Part shown: piece by piece, positions 32,919 to 40,446 of the stretch | Layout of the letters: every line of letters starts with the position of its first letter | Numbering within the stretch: position 1 is the first letter of the stretch | Assembly: GCA_964350055.1 (NCBI GenBank) | Contig: CAYGIY010000001.1 | Coordinates: forward strand, 1-61,053 | DNA length: 61,053 nt | Source: an uncultured Erysipelothrix sp. | GTDB taxonomy: Bacteria; Bacillota_I; Bacilli_A; Erysipelotrichales; Erysipelotrichaceae | Reading direction: 5' to 3' | Made by a program: the position numbers and the translations under genes | Notes under the pieces: model-generated | The model's input: only the letters and a program-made list of their open reading frames with translations | The model's database searches: none | What the model was told of the DNA's origin: nothing

Positions 32919-33024
32919 GCATGTCTTCCTTTCCCTATTCTTTAAACGCCAAAAAGGCGGTATGCTTGCTAAAATTTTCGTATTATTCTGCAATTTATTA
33001 TATTATCAAATATTATCAATATTG

Positions 33025-33618
33025 TCAACTTTTTTTACAAGACAAAATCCAAAATCCTTTGTACTTTTCCTTGATTATTACTGACTTAAATAATGTCGAT
33101 AAATAACTCATTGCACTTTTAGCTCCTTGATCTTTGCGAATCACGAGCCATAAAACCCCATTTGTTGTTAAATGTTGATGACATTGTGTTAACAAATCAT
33201 ACATTTTAACTTTTCCAACTTTAATTGGTGGATTAAATCCAATGGTATCAAATTGCTGATGAATCATTTCAAACCCATCCGATAAGATTGTTGTAATTGC
33301 AACCTTATTTATTTCTGCGTTTTTTTGTGTCAGTTCAATTGCACGTTGATTGATATCACTTGCAACCACAGCACAATTAGAAAATAACGCTTTAACAACA
33401 CAACCAACCACACCATAACCACAGCCAAAGTCTAGAAATGATTGATTGACTGGTGCATCAACAATGTGAGAAAGCAAACGCTCAGTGCCTGGATCAACAT
33501 GATCTTTTGAAAAGACACCGGCATCACTTTCAAACACAAAATCAACGCCCAAAAACCGGAATACGATCTGCTTCCGGTTGTGTTTTAGATTTGGGTCATT
33601 GATAAAATAATGCGTCAT
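33025..33618 (-). CDS. RsmC/RlmG-type (MTS domain) class I methyltransferase, YbxB-like
   Basis: The product is 197 aa with the SAM motif LDFGCGYGVVG and the NPPI catalytic tetrad. It lies between rplL and rpoB, exactly as ybxB does in Bacillus. Confidence 0.8.
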   Translation of the reverse strand: MTHYFINDPNLKHNRKQIVFRFLGVDFVFESDAGVFSKDHVDPGTERLLSHIVDAPVNQSFLDFGCGYGVVGCVVKALFSNCAVVASDINQRAIELTQKNAEINKVAITTILSDGFEMIHQQFDTIGFNPPIKVGKVKMYDLLTQCHQHLTTNGVLWLVIRKDQGAKSAMSYLSTLFKSVIIKEKYKGFWILSCKKS

Positions 33619-33665
33619 ACAACACCTCCTCTATCGCAACAAGGTTGCTACTAGAAAGGTAGTTG

Positions 33666-34034
33666 CTATTTAACTTCGACTTCAGCGCCAGCTTCAATTA
33701 GTTTTTCTTTGATTTCGTTCGCTTCTTCTGGTTTAATGTTTTCTTTAATTGGAATTGGAGCTTTGTCAACTAAACCTTTTGCTTCAACTAAACCTAAACC
33801 TGTGATTTCACGTACAACTTTAATAACTGCAACTTTACTTTGTCCAGGTGCTTTAAGAATAACGCTAACTTCGCTAATCTCAACTTCTGCTTCAACAGGT
33901 GCAGCAGCAACACCAACAGGTGCAGCAGCACTTACGCCAAACTCTTCTTCTATTGCTTTTACTAATTCATTTAATTCTAAGATTGTCATTTCCTTTAATG
34001 AGGAAATGAGTTCTTCAGATGTAATTTTCGCCAT
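33666..34034 (-). CDS. rplL: 50S ribosomal protein L7/L12
   Basis: The product is 122 aa with an N-terminal dimerisation helix, an Ala/Pro/Val hinge and the C-terminal domain [17 protein letters not shown]. Confidence 0.97.
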   Translation of the reverse strand: MAKITSEELISSLKEMTILELNELVKAIEEEFGVSAAAPVGVAAAPVEAEVEISEVSVILKAPGQSKVAVIKVVREITGLGLVEAKGLVDKAPIPIKENIKPEEANEIKEKLIEAGAEVEVK

Positions 34035-34730
34035 TTATTGATCCTCCGTTTTTGTTTCTTCTTCTTTAGTTACTTCTTCTTTTGCTTCTACAACTTCAGC
34101 CTCACTGGCTGTTTCTGCTGCTGGTGCTTCTTTTGCAGCTACTTCTTCTTTTGCTTCTACAACTTCAGCCTCACTGGCTGTTTCTGCTGCTGGTGCTTCT
34201 TTTGCAGCTACTTCTTCTTTTGCTTCAACCACAGGTGCTTCTTCATTTCTTGTTTCAGCCACTTGTGATACAGCATAAGCAAAATTTCTAATTGGTGCTT
34301 GGAATAATCCAAGTATCATTGAAATCATGCCATCGCGATTTGGTAATGTTGAGAGCTCTTTGATCATGTCTGCATCGACAACTTTGCCTTCAACAATTCC
34401 ACTTTTTAGTACCAACGCTTTGTTCTTCTTTGCAAATTGCGCTAAGATTCTGCTTGGTGCAACCGCATCTTTTCCAAAAGCAAGTGCGTTTGGTCCAGTT
34501 AAATCAGCAGACAAGTCATTATAACCAGCTGCTTCTGCTGCTCGTGAAGCCATTTTGTTTTTATAAATCTTCAACTCAATGCCTTCATCTTTTAGTTGAC
34601 GACGTAATGTCGTCATTTGAGCAACACTTAACCCACGGTATTCCACAACAACGGTTGATATGGATTCTGTAAATTTCGCAGAAATCTCATTAACCAACGC
34701 TTTTTTTGCTTCTAAAACCGAATGGTTCAT
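34035..34730 (-). CDS. rplJ: 50S ribosomal protein L10 with a ~68-aa acidic repeat-containing C-terminal tail
   Basis: The track ORF extends to 34793, into the leader. ATG 34730 has AAAGGAGGAA 6 nt upstream. Residues 1 to ~163 align by eye with Bacillus L10. The remainder is E/A/V-rich repeat sequence, and the TAA stop abuts the rplL ATG. Confidence 0.93.
   Translation of the reverse strand: MNHSVLEAKKALVNEISAKFTESISTVVVEYRGLSVAQMTTLRRQLKDEGIELKIYKNKMASRAAEAAGYNDLSADLTGPNALAFGKDAVAPSRILAQFAKKNKALVLKSGIVEGKVVDADMIKELSTLPNRDGMISMILGLFQAPIRNFAYAVSQVAETRNEEAPVVEAKEEVAAKEAPAAETASEAEVVEAKEEVAAKEAPAAETASEAEVVEAKEEVTKEEETKTEDQ
34072..34228. repeat. Perfect 69-bp tandem direct repeat (2.2-2.3 copies) inside rplJ
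   Basis: Copies 34072-34140 and 34141-34209 are identical base for base. A third, partial copy runs from 34210 to about 34226. Each unit encodes a 23-aa repeat in frame (peptide written from one arbitrary phase: EAKEEVAAKEAPAAETASEAEVV). Confidence 0.95.
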
Positions 34731-34876
34731 GGTTTGTTCCTCCTTTTTAATAAGCAACAATATCCATAAAATATAAAACTCATGCCTAAGCACGAGTAAA
34801 AGAGTTTATTTCTTTTCCTCGGCAACATTATTAAGCACATGGCCGTTGCTGTCTTAGGGATATTGATAGCACAACT
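34731..34876 (-). promoter_or_regulatory. rplJ 5' leader with an internal intrinsic terminator (L10-leader-like attenuator)
   Basis: The leader is about 145 nt. A hairpin ACUCGUG-CUUAGG-CAUGAGU (34777-34796) is followed by a U-rich tract (34762-34776) just ahead of the SD. In Bacillus, the L10 leader regulates rplJL by L10(L12)4-dependent attenuation. Confidence 0.5.
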
Positions 34877-34904
34877 ATCTTATCACATCACAAATCAATG
34901 TCAA
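34877..34904 (-). promoter_or_regulatory. rplJL promoter
   Basis: On the minus strand it reads TTGACA (34904-34899), a 16-nt spacer ending in TGa, then TAAGAT (34882-34877). Confidence 0.55.
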
Positions 34905-34935
34905 TAAAAAGAAGCACCTGAAGGTGCTGTTTTTT
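34905..34935 (-). terminator. Second (downstream) hairpin terminator AGCACC-N4-GGTGCT
   Basis: A 6-bp GC-rich stem (34913-34918 / 34923-34928) has the loop TGAA, with an A-rich run on one side and a T-run on the other. It can therefore act in both directions. It lies immediately upstream of the rplJ -35. Confidence 0.6.
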
Positions 34936-34988
34936 GTTTGAAAATCTTAATGTCCTAAGTATTGGAAAGTGATTATGTCACATGGTAA

Positions 34989-35011
34989 TAAAAAAAGCAC
35001 CCTAAGGTGCT
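34989..35011 (-). terminator. Terminator of the padR-HAAS operon
   Basis: The stem AGCACC (34996-35001) / GGTGCT (35006-35011) has the loop CTAA. On the minus strand it is followed by U7-8 (A34989-A34996). It overlaps the TAG stop of the HAAS gene. Confidence 0.7.
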
Positions 35012-35984
35012 AAACTTTAAGCAATTTATAGACTCTTATAAAGATATCAACAAGTACAATGATTGCAACTACCCAAATGACACTTCCTGTTAAACCTTGC
35101 CACATACTTTCAAAAGCTTGATTATTTGGAGCAACCACTTCTGCTAGACTTGGATTAAATAAATCAAAACTGTAAACAACCCAAATAAAGACTGCTAATG
35201 AAACACAACTGAGAGTCACCAAGAAGTATTCCATATTTTTGGAACGATGAATACTTGCTGCTTTGATAATGTTACTGATAATGGATAATGCAAATATTAC
35301 ATTAAACCAAGGCAACCATTGATTGATTGTATCAACTCTAAAGATAGGAACTAAATCACTTAATTGGCCATTACTAAATATGTAAACACCTAGTAGATCA
35401 AATTCAAAATTGAATAGAATTAGTAATATGGTAACAAAGACTAATCCTGCAATACCTTCAATACGCTCAGATTTCTGCTTTTGATCAATTGATTTAGGCA
35501 AGTCTTTAACAGTCCATGTTTCAACATCTACTTTTTCAACCAAAGGTTTTTCGCTTTTTTCAATGAGTGCAAAAATCACTGTAATCCATGCCAGCACTTG
35601 CATCTCTGCATTAAATAGACCAGCAAGATACTCTATAAAACCCATCACTGTGATGTCATTATTAAATACAACTCCAACAGCATATGCCACAGTTAATCCA
35701 ATAAAAACAGCCATCATGACAACTTTTAGTAAACGAATGTATGTTGGAAAGTACATTGGTCCAATGAGATATGCTTTCCGATTTAAGTATTGATCAGCTA
35801 ACTTTTTCGGGTCTCCCATCTCTGTTAAAACTTGTTCTACTGCTTTAGTTTTCTCTAATCCTGATTGTTCACTTTCTTCAACCATTGTAGTGATTTCACT
35901 TTGTAGTTCTAATGCGACATCTTTGCGATGTTTTTTTGGTAAATGTTTAACACATTCACTGACGTAAATCTCAATACGATTCAT
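35010..35984 (-). CDS. HAAS/DUF1700-type membrane signalling protein (PadR-associated)
   Basis: The product is 324 aa. The N-terminal cytoplasmic helical domain (IEIYVSECVKHLPKKHRKDVALELQSEI...MGDPKKLADQY) resembles DUF1700/HAAS domains and is followed by about 6 TM helices. There is a 4-nt overlap with padR. Confidence 0.7.
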   Translation of the reverse strand: MNRIEIYVSECVKHLPKKHRKDVALELQSEITTMVEESEQSGLEKTKAVEQVLTEMGDPKKLADQYLNRKAYLIGPMYFPTYIRLLKVVMMAVFIGLTVAYAVGVVFNNDITVMGFIEYLAGLFNAEMQVLAWITVIFALIEKSEKPLVEKVDVETWTVKDLPKSIDQKQKSERIEGIAGLVFVTILLILFNFEFDLLGVYIFSNGQLSDLVPIFRVDTINQWLPWFNVIFALSIISNIIKAASIHRSKNMEYFLVTLSCVSLAVFIWVVYSFDLFNPSLAEVVAPNNQAFESMWQGLTGSVIWVVAIIVLVDIFIRVYKLLKV

Positions 35985-36328
35985 GATTGATCCTCACTTT
36001 CTAATAATCCTTTAACGACTTGATTTAGGTCTAAATATTCTTTTTTTAGTTGTTTATACAAACGTTTTCCCATCAAACTGATTTGATAGTACCGCCTTGG
36101 ACGATTTTCAACAAGATCCCAACTACTCTCTAGTATCTCTTGTTTTTCCAAACGTCTAAGTAAAGGGTATAACGTTCCAGCTTCAACAGTAAATCCTTTT
36201 TCTTGTAGTTTGTTGATTAAGGAATATCCATATTCCTTATGAGACAATTGACTTAAAACACAAAGAATCAATGCACCACGCCTAAGTTCTAATACTAACC
36301 CCTCTAACATATGATCAAGGTTTTCCAT
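35981..36328 (-). CDS. PadR family transcriptional regulator
   Basis: The product is 115 aa. The winged-HTH signature GYSLINKL...GTLYPLLRRLEKQEILES...RPRRYYQISLMG is classic PadR. Confidence 0.88.
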   Translation of the reverse strand: MENLDHMLEGLVLELRRGALILCVLSQLSHKEYGYSLINKLQEKGFTVEAGTLYPLLRRLEKQEILESSWDLVENRPRRYYQISLMGKRLYKQLKKEYLDLNQVVKGLLESEDQS

Positions 36329-36350
36329 GTTATCACCACCTGTTGATCAC

Positions 36351-36380
36351 ATTATACTGTATGGCACATACTATTGTCAA
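36351..36380 (-). promoter_or_regulatory. Near-consensus promoter of padR-HAAS with a candidate operator
   Basis: On the minus strand it reads TTGACA (36380-36375), an 18-nt spacer, then TATAAT (36356-36351). The inverted repeat GTATG-TGC-CATAC (36359-36371) sits inside the spacer. Confidence 0.65.
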
Positions 36381-36397
36381 TTACTTTATATTATAAA

Positions 36398-36423
36398 TAA
36401 AAAACCGTGTGCAACCACGGTTC
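36398..36423 (-). terminator. Rho-independent terminator of rplKA
   Basis: On the minus strand the stem is ACCGUG-GUUGCA-CACGGU, followed by U6 (A36399-A36404 on +). It lies about 28 nt after the rplA stop. Confidence 0.75.
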
Positions 36424-36450
36424 TTATCTTTTATTATTTTATTTATTAAT

Positions 36451-37134
36451 TTATTCTACTGTGACATGAATTCCAGGACCCATCGTTGTCGATAGGACTA
36501 GGTTTTTTACATAAGTTCCTTTTACTGTTGCTGGACGAGCTTTTAAGATTACATCATAGATAGCTTTGAAGTTTTCTTCTAATTGCTCATCAGTGAATGA
36601 AAGTTTTCCAATCATAACATGGATATTACCTTCTTTATCAACACGGTATTGAACTTTACCTTTTTTAATTTCTTCTACTGCTTTTGCAACTTCCATTGTC
36701 ACTGTTCCTGTTTTTGGATTAGGCATCAATCCTTTTGGACCTAAGATTTTACCGATTTTACCAAGTTCACCCATCATGTCAGGTGTTGCAACAATGATAT
36801 CAAAGTCAAACCATCCTTTTTTAATTTTCTCAATCATATCAGCACCACCAACAAAGTCAGCTTTTGCATCAATTGCTTCTTGTTCTTTTGGTCCTTGTGT
36901 AATTACCAATACTTTTTGGCTTTTACCAGTTCCATTAGGAAGCACCATTGCACCACGAATTTGTTGATCAGCATGACGTGGATTTACATTTAAGCGGAAA
37001 GCAATTTCCACTGTGCTATCAAATTTAACAAAGTTTAATTCTTTGGCTAACGTAATTGCTTCTGTTACAGGATATGTTTTTGTACGGTCAACTTTTGCTT
37101 TTGCCGCCACATAGTTTTTTCCATGTTTTGCCAT
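36451..37134 (-). CDS. rplA: 50S ribosomal protein L1
   Basis: The product is 227 aa and starts [21 protein letters not shown]. Confidence 0.97.
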   Translation of the reverse strand: MAKHGKNYVAAKAKVDRTKTYPVTEAITLAKELNFVKFDSTVEIAFRLNVNPRHADQQIRGAMVLPNGTGKSQKVLVITQGPKEQEAIDAKADFVGGADMIEKIKKGWFDFDIIVATPDMMGELGKIGKILGPKGLMPNPKTGTVTMEVAKAVEEIKKGKVQYRVDKEGNIHVMIGKLSFTDEQLEENFKAIYDVILKARPATVKGTYVKNLVLSTTMGPGIHVTVE

Positions 37135-37136
37135 AA

Positions 37137-37559
37137 TTACTCACCGTACCCTTCTATTTTGATTCCCATATTTCTTGCAGTACCAGCAACAATTTTCATT
37201 GCTGCATCAATATCATCTGCATTCAAATCAGGCATCTTATATTCAGCAATTTCTTTTAATTGGTCTGCTGTGATTTTACCAACTGTTTGGTTGTGTGGCG
37301 TCGCAGCCCCACTTTTTACACCTGCAGCTCTTTTTAATAAAACAGCAGCTGGTGTCGTTTTTAATTCAAAGTTAAATCCTTTGTCATCATAAACAGTGAT
37401 CACAACTGGTACAATATCACCAGCACGATCTCTAGTAGCATCATTAAATGCACTACAGAATTGTGGCATGTTAATGCCAACGCCAGCTAAAGCTGGACCT
37501 GGTCTAGCTCCTCCCGCAGGGAATTGAAGCTTGACGATTCTTGCAACTTTCTTACTCAC
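37137..37559 (-). CDS. rplK: 50S ribosomal protein L11
   Basis: It contains the motif [19 protein letters not shown]. The track start ATG 37565 directly abuts GAGGA with zero spacing. GTG 37559 (giving [12 protein letters not shown]) has a 6-nt spacing and matches the usual MAKKV N-terminus. The start is uncertain by 2 codons. Confidence 0.9.
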   Translation of the reverse strand: MSKKVARIVKLQFPAGGARPGPALAGVGINMPQFCSAFNDATRDRAGDIVPVVITVYDDKGFNFELKTTPAAVLLKRAAGVKSGAATPHNQTVGKITADQLKEIAEYKMPDLNADDIDAAMKIVAGTARNMGIKIEGYGE

Positions 37560-37672
37560 AAACATTCCTCATCTTTCTATTTGTGTTGTGGTCAATGGAT
37601 GGTTGCACATCCTTCCACCTCACGGCCATCATTAGGCTTATTTATCTTACAATATAACCTGTTTCACGTCAA
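37560..37672 (-). promoter_or_regulatory. rplKA promoter and short structured leader (possible L1-binding leader)
   Basis: On the minus strand it reads TTGACG (37672-37667), a 17-nt spacer, then TAAGAT (37649-37644). The ~80-nt leader contains the hairpin GGAUG-N6-CAUCC (37597-37612). L1 autoregulation via the rplK leader is known in other bacteria. Confidence 0.4.
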
Positions 37673-37744
37673 CTTATTCTCACAGCATGTTATTATCACA
37701 GCATTGACTGTTTTAACACAAAAAGCCAAGTCAACTTTAAGCTC

Positions 37745-37778
37745 TAAAAAAAGCCTCGCAATTATTATCACAAGGCTA
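37745..37778 (-). terminator. Terminator/attenuator after nusG
   Basis: On the minus strand, AGCCUUG...CGAGGCU forms a 7-9 bp stem including G-U pairs, with a loop of roughly 9-13 nt. It is followed by U7 (A37746-A37752 on +). Confidence 0.55.
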
Positions 37779-37785
37779 CATTTTG

Positions 37786-38328
37786 TTATGAAATTTTCTC
37801 TAAATCTAAATAAGCAATTTCTGTTGGTGTTTCACGACCAAATAAAATCGTGAGTACCATGGCAGTTTGGGAATCATCATTCATTGTGTCAATGCGACCC
37901 TCAATTCCGCTAAATGGACCATTTGTGATTTTAACAGTATCGCCAACTTTAAAGTCAACGACAATCTTGCGATCACTTAATCCCATACGCTGTAAAATAG
38001 ATTCAATCTCTTCAGGTGATACTGGAAACGGCTTTGCCCCTCCACCACTTGATCCAATAAAGCCAGTGACACCTGGTGTATTACGTACAATATACCATGC
38101 TTCATCTGTCATAATCATTTCAACAAACAAGTAACCTGGAAATAAATTTTTCATCTTTTCTACTCGTTTACTGTTTTTAATTTCAATTTCAACTTCTTCA
38201 GCAACTAAAATACGAAACAAGTTGTCTTCAAGACCCATTGTTTCAACTCGACGTTGAAGATTATCTTTTACACGATTCTCATGTCCTGCATACGTATTGA
38301 CAACATACCATCTTTTTTCTTCTGACAT
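37786..38328 (-). CDS. nusG: Transcription termination/antitermination factor NusG
   Basis: The product is 180 aa with the NGN domain (WYVVNTYAGHENRV) and the KOW motif GDTVKITNGPFSG. Confidence 0.96.
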   Translation of the reverse strand: MSEEKRWYVVNTYAGHENRVKDNLQRRVETMGLEDNLFRILVAEEVEIEIKNSKRVEKMKNLFPGYLFVEMIMTDEAWYIVRNTPGVTGFIGSSGGGAKPFPVSPEEIESILQRMGLSDRKIVVDFKVGDTVKITNGPFSGIEGRIDTMNDDSQTAMVLTILFGRETPTEIAYLDLEKIS

Positions 38329-38329
38329 A

Positions 38330-38509
38330 TTAAACTCCTATCATACGAAGAAAGAAAGCAACAAAAGTTTCAGCAATTACAAAGTAAATACCAAAAAGTA
38401 CAGTAAACATGATAACAGTGAATGAATTCTTCACCATTTCATCACCCTTAGGCCAACGGATACGCTTTACTTCCGTTGATATGCCACTTAAACTAAACCA
38501 CTTTGTCAT
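38330..38509 (-). CDS. secE: Preprotein translocase subunit SecE
   Basis: The track ORF extends to 38551. ATG 38509 has GGAGGCAGTAC upstream. The 59-aa product has the EVKRIRWP motif and a single TM helix. Confidence 0.9.
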   Translation of the reverse strand: MTKWFSLSGISTEVKRIRWPKGDEMVKNSFTVIMFTVLFGIYFVIAETFVAFFLRMIGV

Positions 38510-38519
38510 GTACTGCCTC

Positions 38520-38678
38520 CTATTTAGTTTCCTTATGCAACGTATGCTCATTGCATCGTTTACAAAATTTTCTTAGTTCTAATCGTTCTATCTTAGTTTT
38601 TTTATTACGTGTTGTCGAATAATTTCTTGATAAACACACGGTGCAAACCAAGATGACTTTATCACTTTTTTCAGCCAT
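38520..38678 (-). CDS. rpmG: 50S ribosomal protein L33 (not in the ORF track)
   Basis: Hand translation gives [52 protein letters not shown] (52 aa), with CxxC...CxxC. It occupies the canonical slot sigH-rpmG-secE-nusG. Confidence 0.92.
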   Translation of the reverse strand: MAEKSDKVILVCTVCLSRNYSTTRNKKTKIERLELRKFCKRCNEHTLHKETK

Positions 38679-38727
38679 AGTATCGACCCGCTTTCATTGC
38701 TTAATTACTTTATCATAAAGCGTATTG

Positions 38728-39336
38728 CTAGTCAAACAAAGGCATTATTTTACGTTTTATTTTTTGCAATGTATTATCGACAGCTTTGAAGTTACAATCA
38801 CATGTTTTTGCAATTTCATTGTAAGTATATCCTAAATATCTTAGATACAGCACCTTCTTTTCAAGCTGATTCAATTGTTGTGTTGTTTTTGCAAGAAAAT
38901 CACAACTTTCTTTGTAGTAGAATTGCCAAACAGGGTCTGATTCAGAATCACGACTTGCAATGGTATCCATCACCAATAGATGATCATCTTCTGATATTAC
39001 CTTATCCAGTGGCAAACTACTATGAATCAAAGAGTAACTCTGGCCTTTGTATTTACGAATTAGCGAACGAATTTGTCGCTCAATACATAAACAGGCAAAG
39101 TTTTTAAAAGGCACAGCGAGTTCATCACGATAGCACTCAATTGCTTCCATTAAACCACACATACCTTCTTGAAATAAATCATCTTTATTGATGCCCATGT
39201 GGTCCATGGCTCCTTTAAATCGAAACACAATTGACCACACAAGACGATAATACTGCTCCATTAGCAGATTTGTTGCTTCATCATCATTTTGACGATACAG
39301 ATAAAGCAGTTCATTCTCATCCATGTAAGTTTGCAT
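38728..39336 (-). CDS. sigH: Sigma-70 family RNA polymerase sigma factor, SigH-like by position
   Basis: The product is 202 aa with region 2 (DLFQEGMCGLMEAIECY) and a region 4 HTH (LRYLGYTYNEIAKTCDCNFKAVDNTLQKIKRK). It lies where sigH lies in Bacillus (rlmB-...-sigH-rpmG). Confidence 0.75.
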   Translation of the reverse strand: MQTYMDENELLYLYRQNDDEATNLLMEQYYRLVWSIVFRFKGAMDHMGINKDDLFQEGMCGLMEAIECYRDELAVPFKNFACLCIERQIRSLIRKYKGQSYSLIHSSLPLDKVISEDDHLLVMDTIASRDSESDPVWQFYYKESCDFLAKTTQQLNQLEKKVLYLRYLGYTYNEIAKTCDCNFKAVDNTLQKIKRKIMPLFD

Positions 39337-39344
39337 AGCAAATC

Positions 39345-40076
39345 CTATCTAACGATAAATTGAACCTGTCTTTGATGTAATACCTCATACAGAAGTACTG
39401 CTGTGGCAACTGAAACATTAAGTGAACTCACTGTTCCAACCATCGGCAAATACACCATATGATCACATTGTTGTTTTAGAAGCCTTGAAATACCTTCTCC
39501 TTCAGATCCAACAACAATGACTGTCTTGATGGTGTAGTCCACATCACGATAATGAGTTGCATTTGTCATATCGGTACCAATAATCCAATAACCTTGATCT
39601 TTAAGAAGGTTTGCTGTGTTTGTTAGATTTGTGACAACGGCCACTTTGATATGCTCAATCGCACCAGCTGAAACCTTTGCAACAACACCTGTCAATCCCA
39701 CCGCATTATGTTTTTTTATGATGATACCGTGAGCTCCAACAGCATCTGCAGTTCGCATGATTGCACCAAGATTATGAGGATCACTTACACCATCAACCAT
39801 GATGATTAATCCTTGTGTATCTTGTGGGATCGCATTTAGTATGTCCTCTACTTCAACAGTTTGATACGCATCAATCTCAGCAACCACACCTTGATGATTA
39901 CCTTTAACCATTTGATCAAGTTTTTTACGTGAACAATAAGTAATTGGAATGCTCTTTTGTTTAGCCAGTCCAATCGCTTCCTTAAAAGGTGCGTCTTCTA
40001 GTAAATAAAGATGACTTACTTGCTCCCGCTGCAACCTCATTAACACAGGTTGTTTACCGTAAAGATATTGTTTCAT
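39345..40076 (-). CDS. rlmB: 23S rRNA (guanosine-2'-O)-methyltransferase RlmB/YacO (SpoU-TrmH family)
   Basis: The product is 243 aa with SpoU motifs (DGVSDPHNLGAIMRTA, VGSEGEGIS, LPMVGTVSSLNVSVA). Confidence 0.88.
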   Translation of the reverse strand: MKQYLYGKQPVLMRLQREQVSHLYLLEDAPFKEAIGLAKQKSIPITYCSRKKLDQMVKGNHQGVVAEIDAYQTVEVEDILNAIPQDTQGLIIMVDGVSDPHNLGAIMRTADAVGAHGIIIKKHNAVGLTGVVAKVSAGAIEHIKVAVVTNLTNTANLLKDQGYWIIGTDMTNATHYRDVDYTIKTVIVVGSEGEGISRLLKQQCDHMVYLPMVGTVSSLNVSVATAVLLYEVLHQRQVQFIVR

Positions 40077-40446
40077 GTTTCTCCTTGATAAACGTCTTAT
40101 ATGTTTCCCAAATTTCTTCTAGTGCCAACGTTTCTTGGTTTGAATAGAAGTACCCCCATACCGCTTCTAGCCCTGTTGCCATGCGATAGGTTGTGACATC
40201 GCTATTTTTAGGAATTGTATTTGACTTATGATTACGACCTCTATAAAAAATATCCAGCATTGTTTCATCAAACAAATCATGTTCTAAACAATGCTTAGCA
40301 AAATCCGCTTGTGCTTTAGCACTTAAAAACAATTCACTCAATTGCTGTAACTGTTTGCTTTTTGTATACCCATTGGATACTAAGTATGTTTTTACATGTA
40401 AAGCCATGACTGCATCACCAATAAATGCCAGAACAGCTCCATTCAT
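40054..40446 (-). CDS. mrnC: Mini-ribonuclease 3 (MrnC/YazC)
   Basis: The product is 130 aa with the RNase III signature LAFIGDAV. It lies between cysS and rlmB, as in Bacillus. Confidence 0.85.
   Translation of the reverse strand: MNGAVLAFIGDAVMALHVKTYLVSNGYTKSKQLQQLSELFLSAKAQADFAKHCLEHDLFDETMLDIFYRGRNHKSNTIPKNSDVTTYRMATGLEAVWGYFYSNQETLALEEIWETYKTFIKEKHETISLR

Noticed and set aside
34038-34291. Two plus-strand ORFs (76 and 69 aa) with striking repetitive Phe/Cys/Leu peptides
   Set aside because: They are the antisense reading of the 69-bp tandem repeat inside rplJ. The repetition is explained by the DNA repeat, and there are no translation signals.
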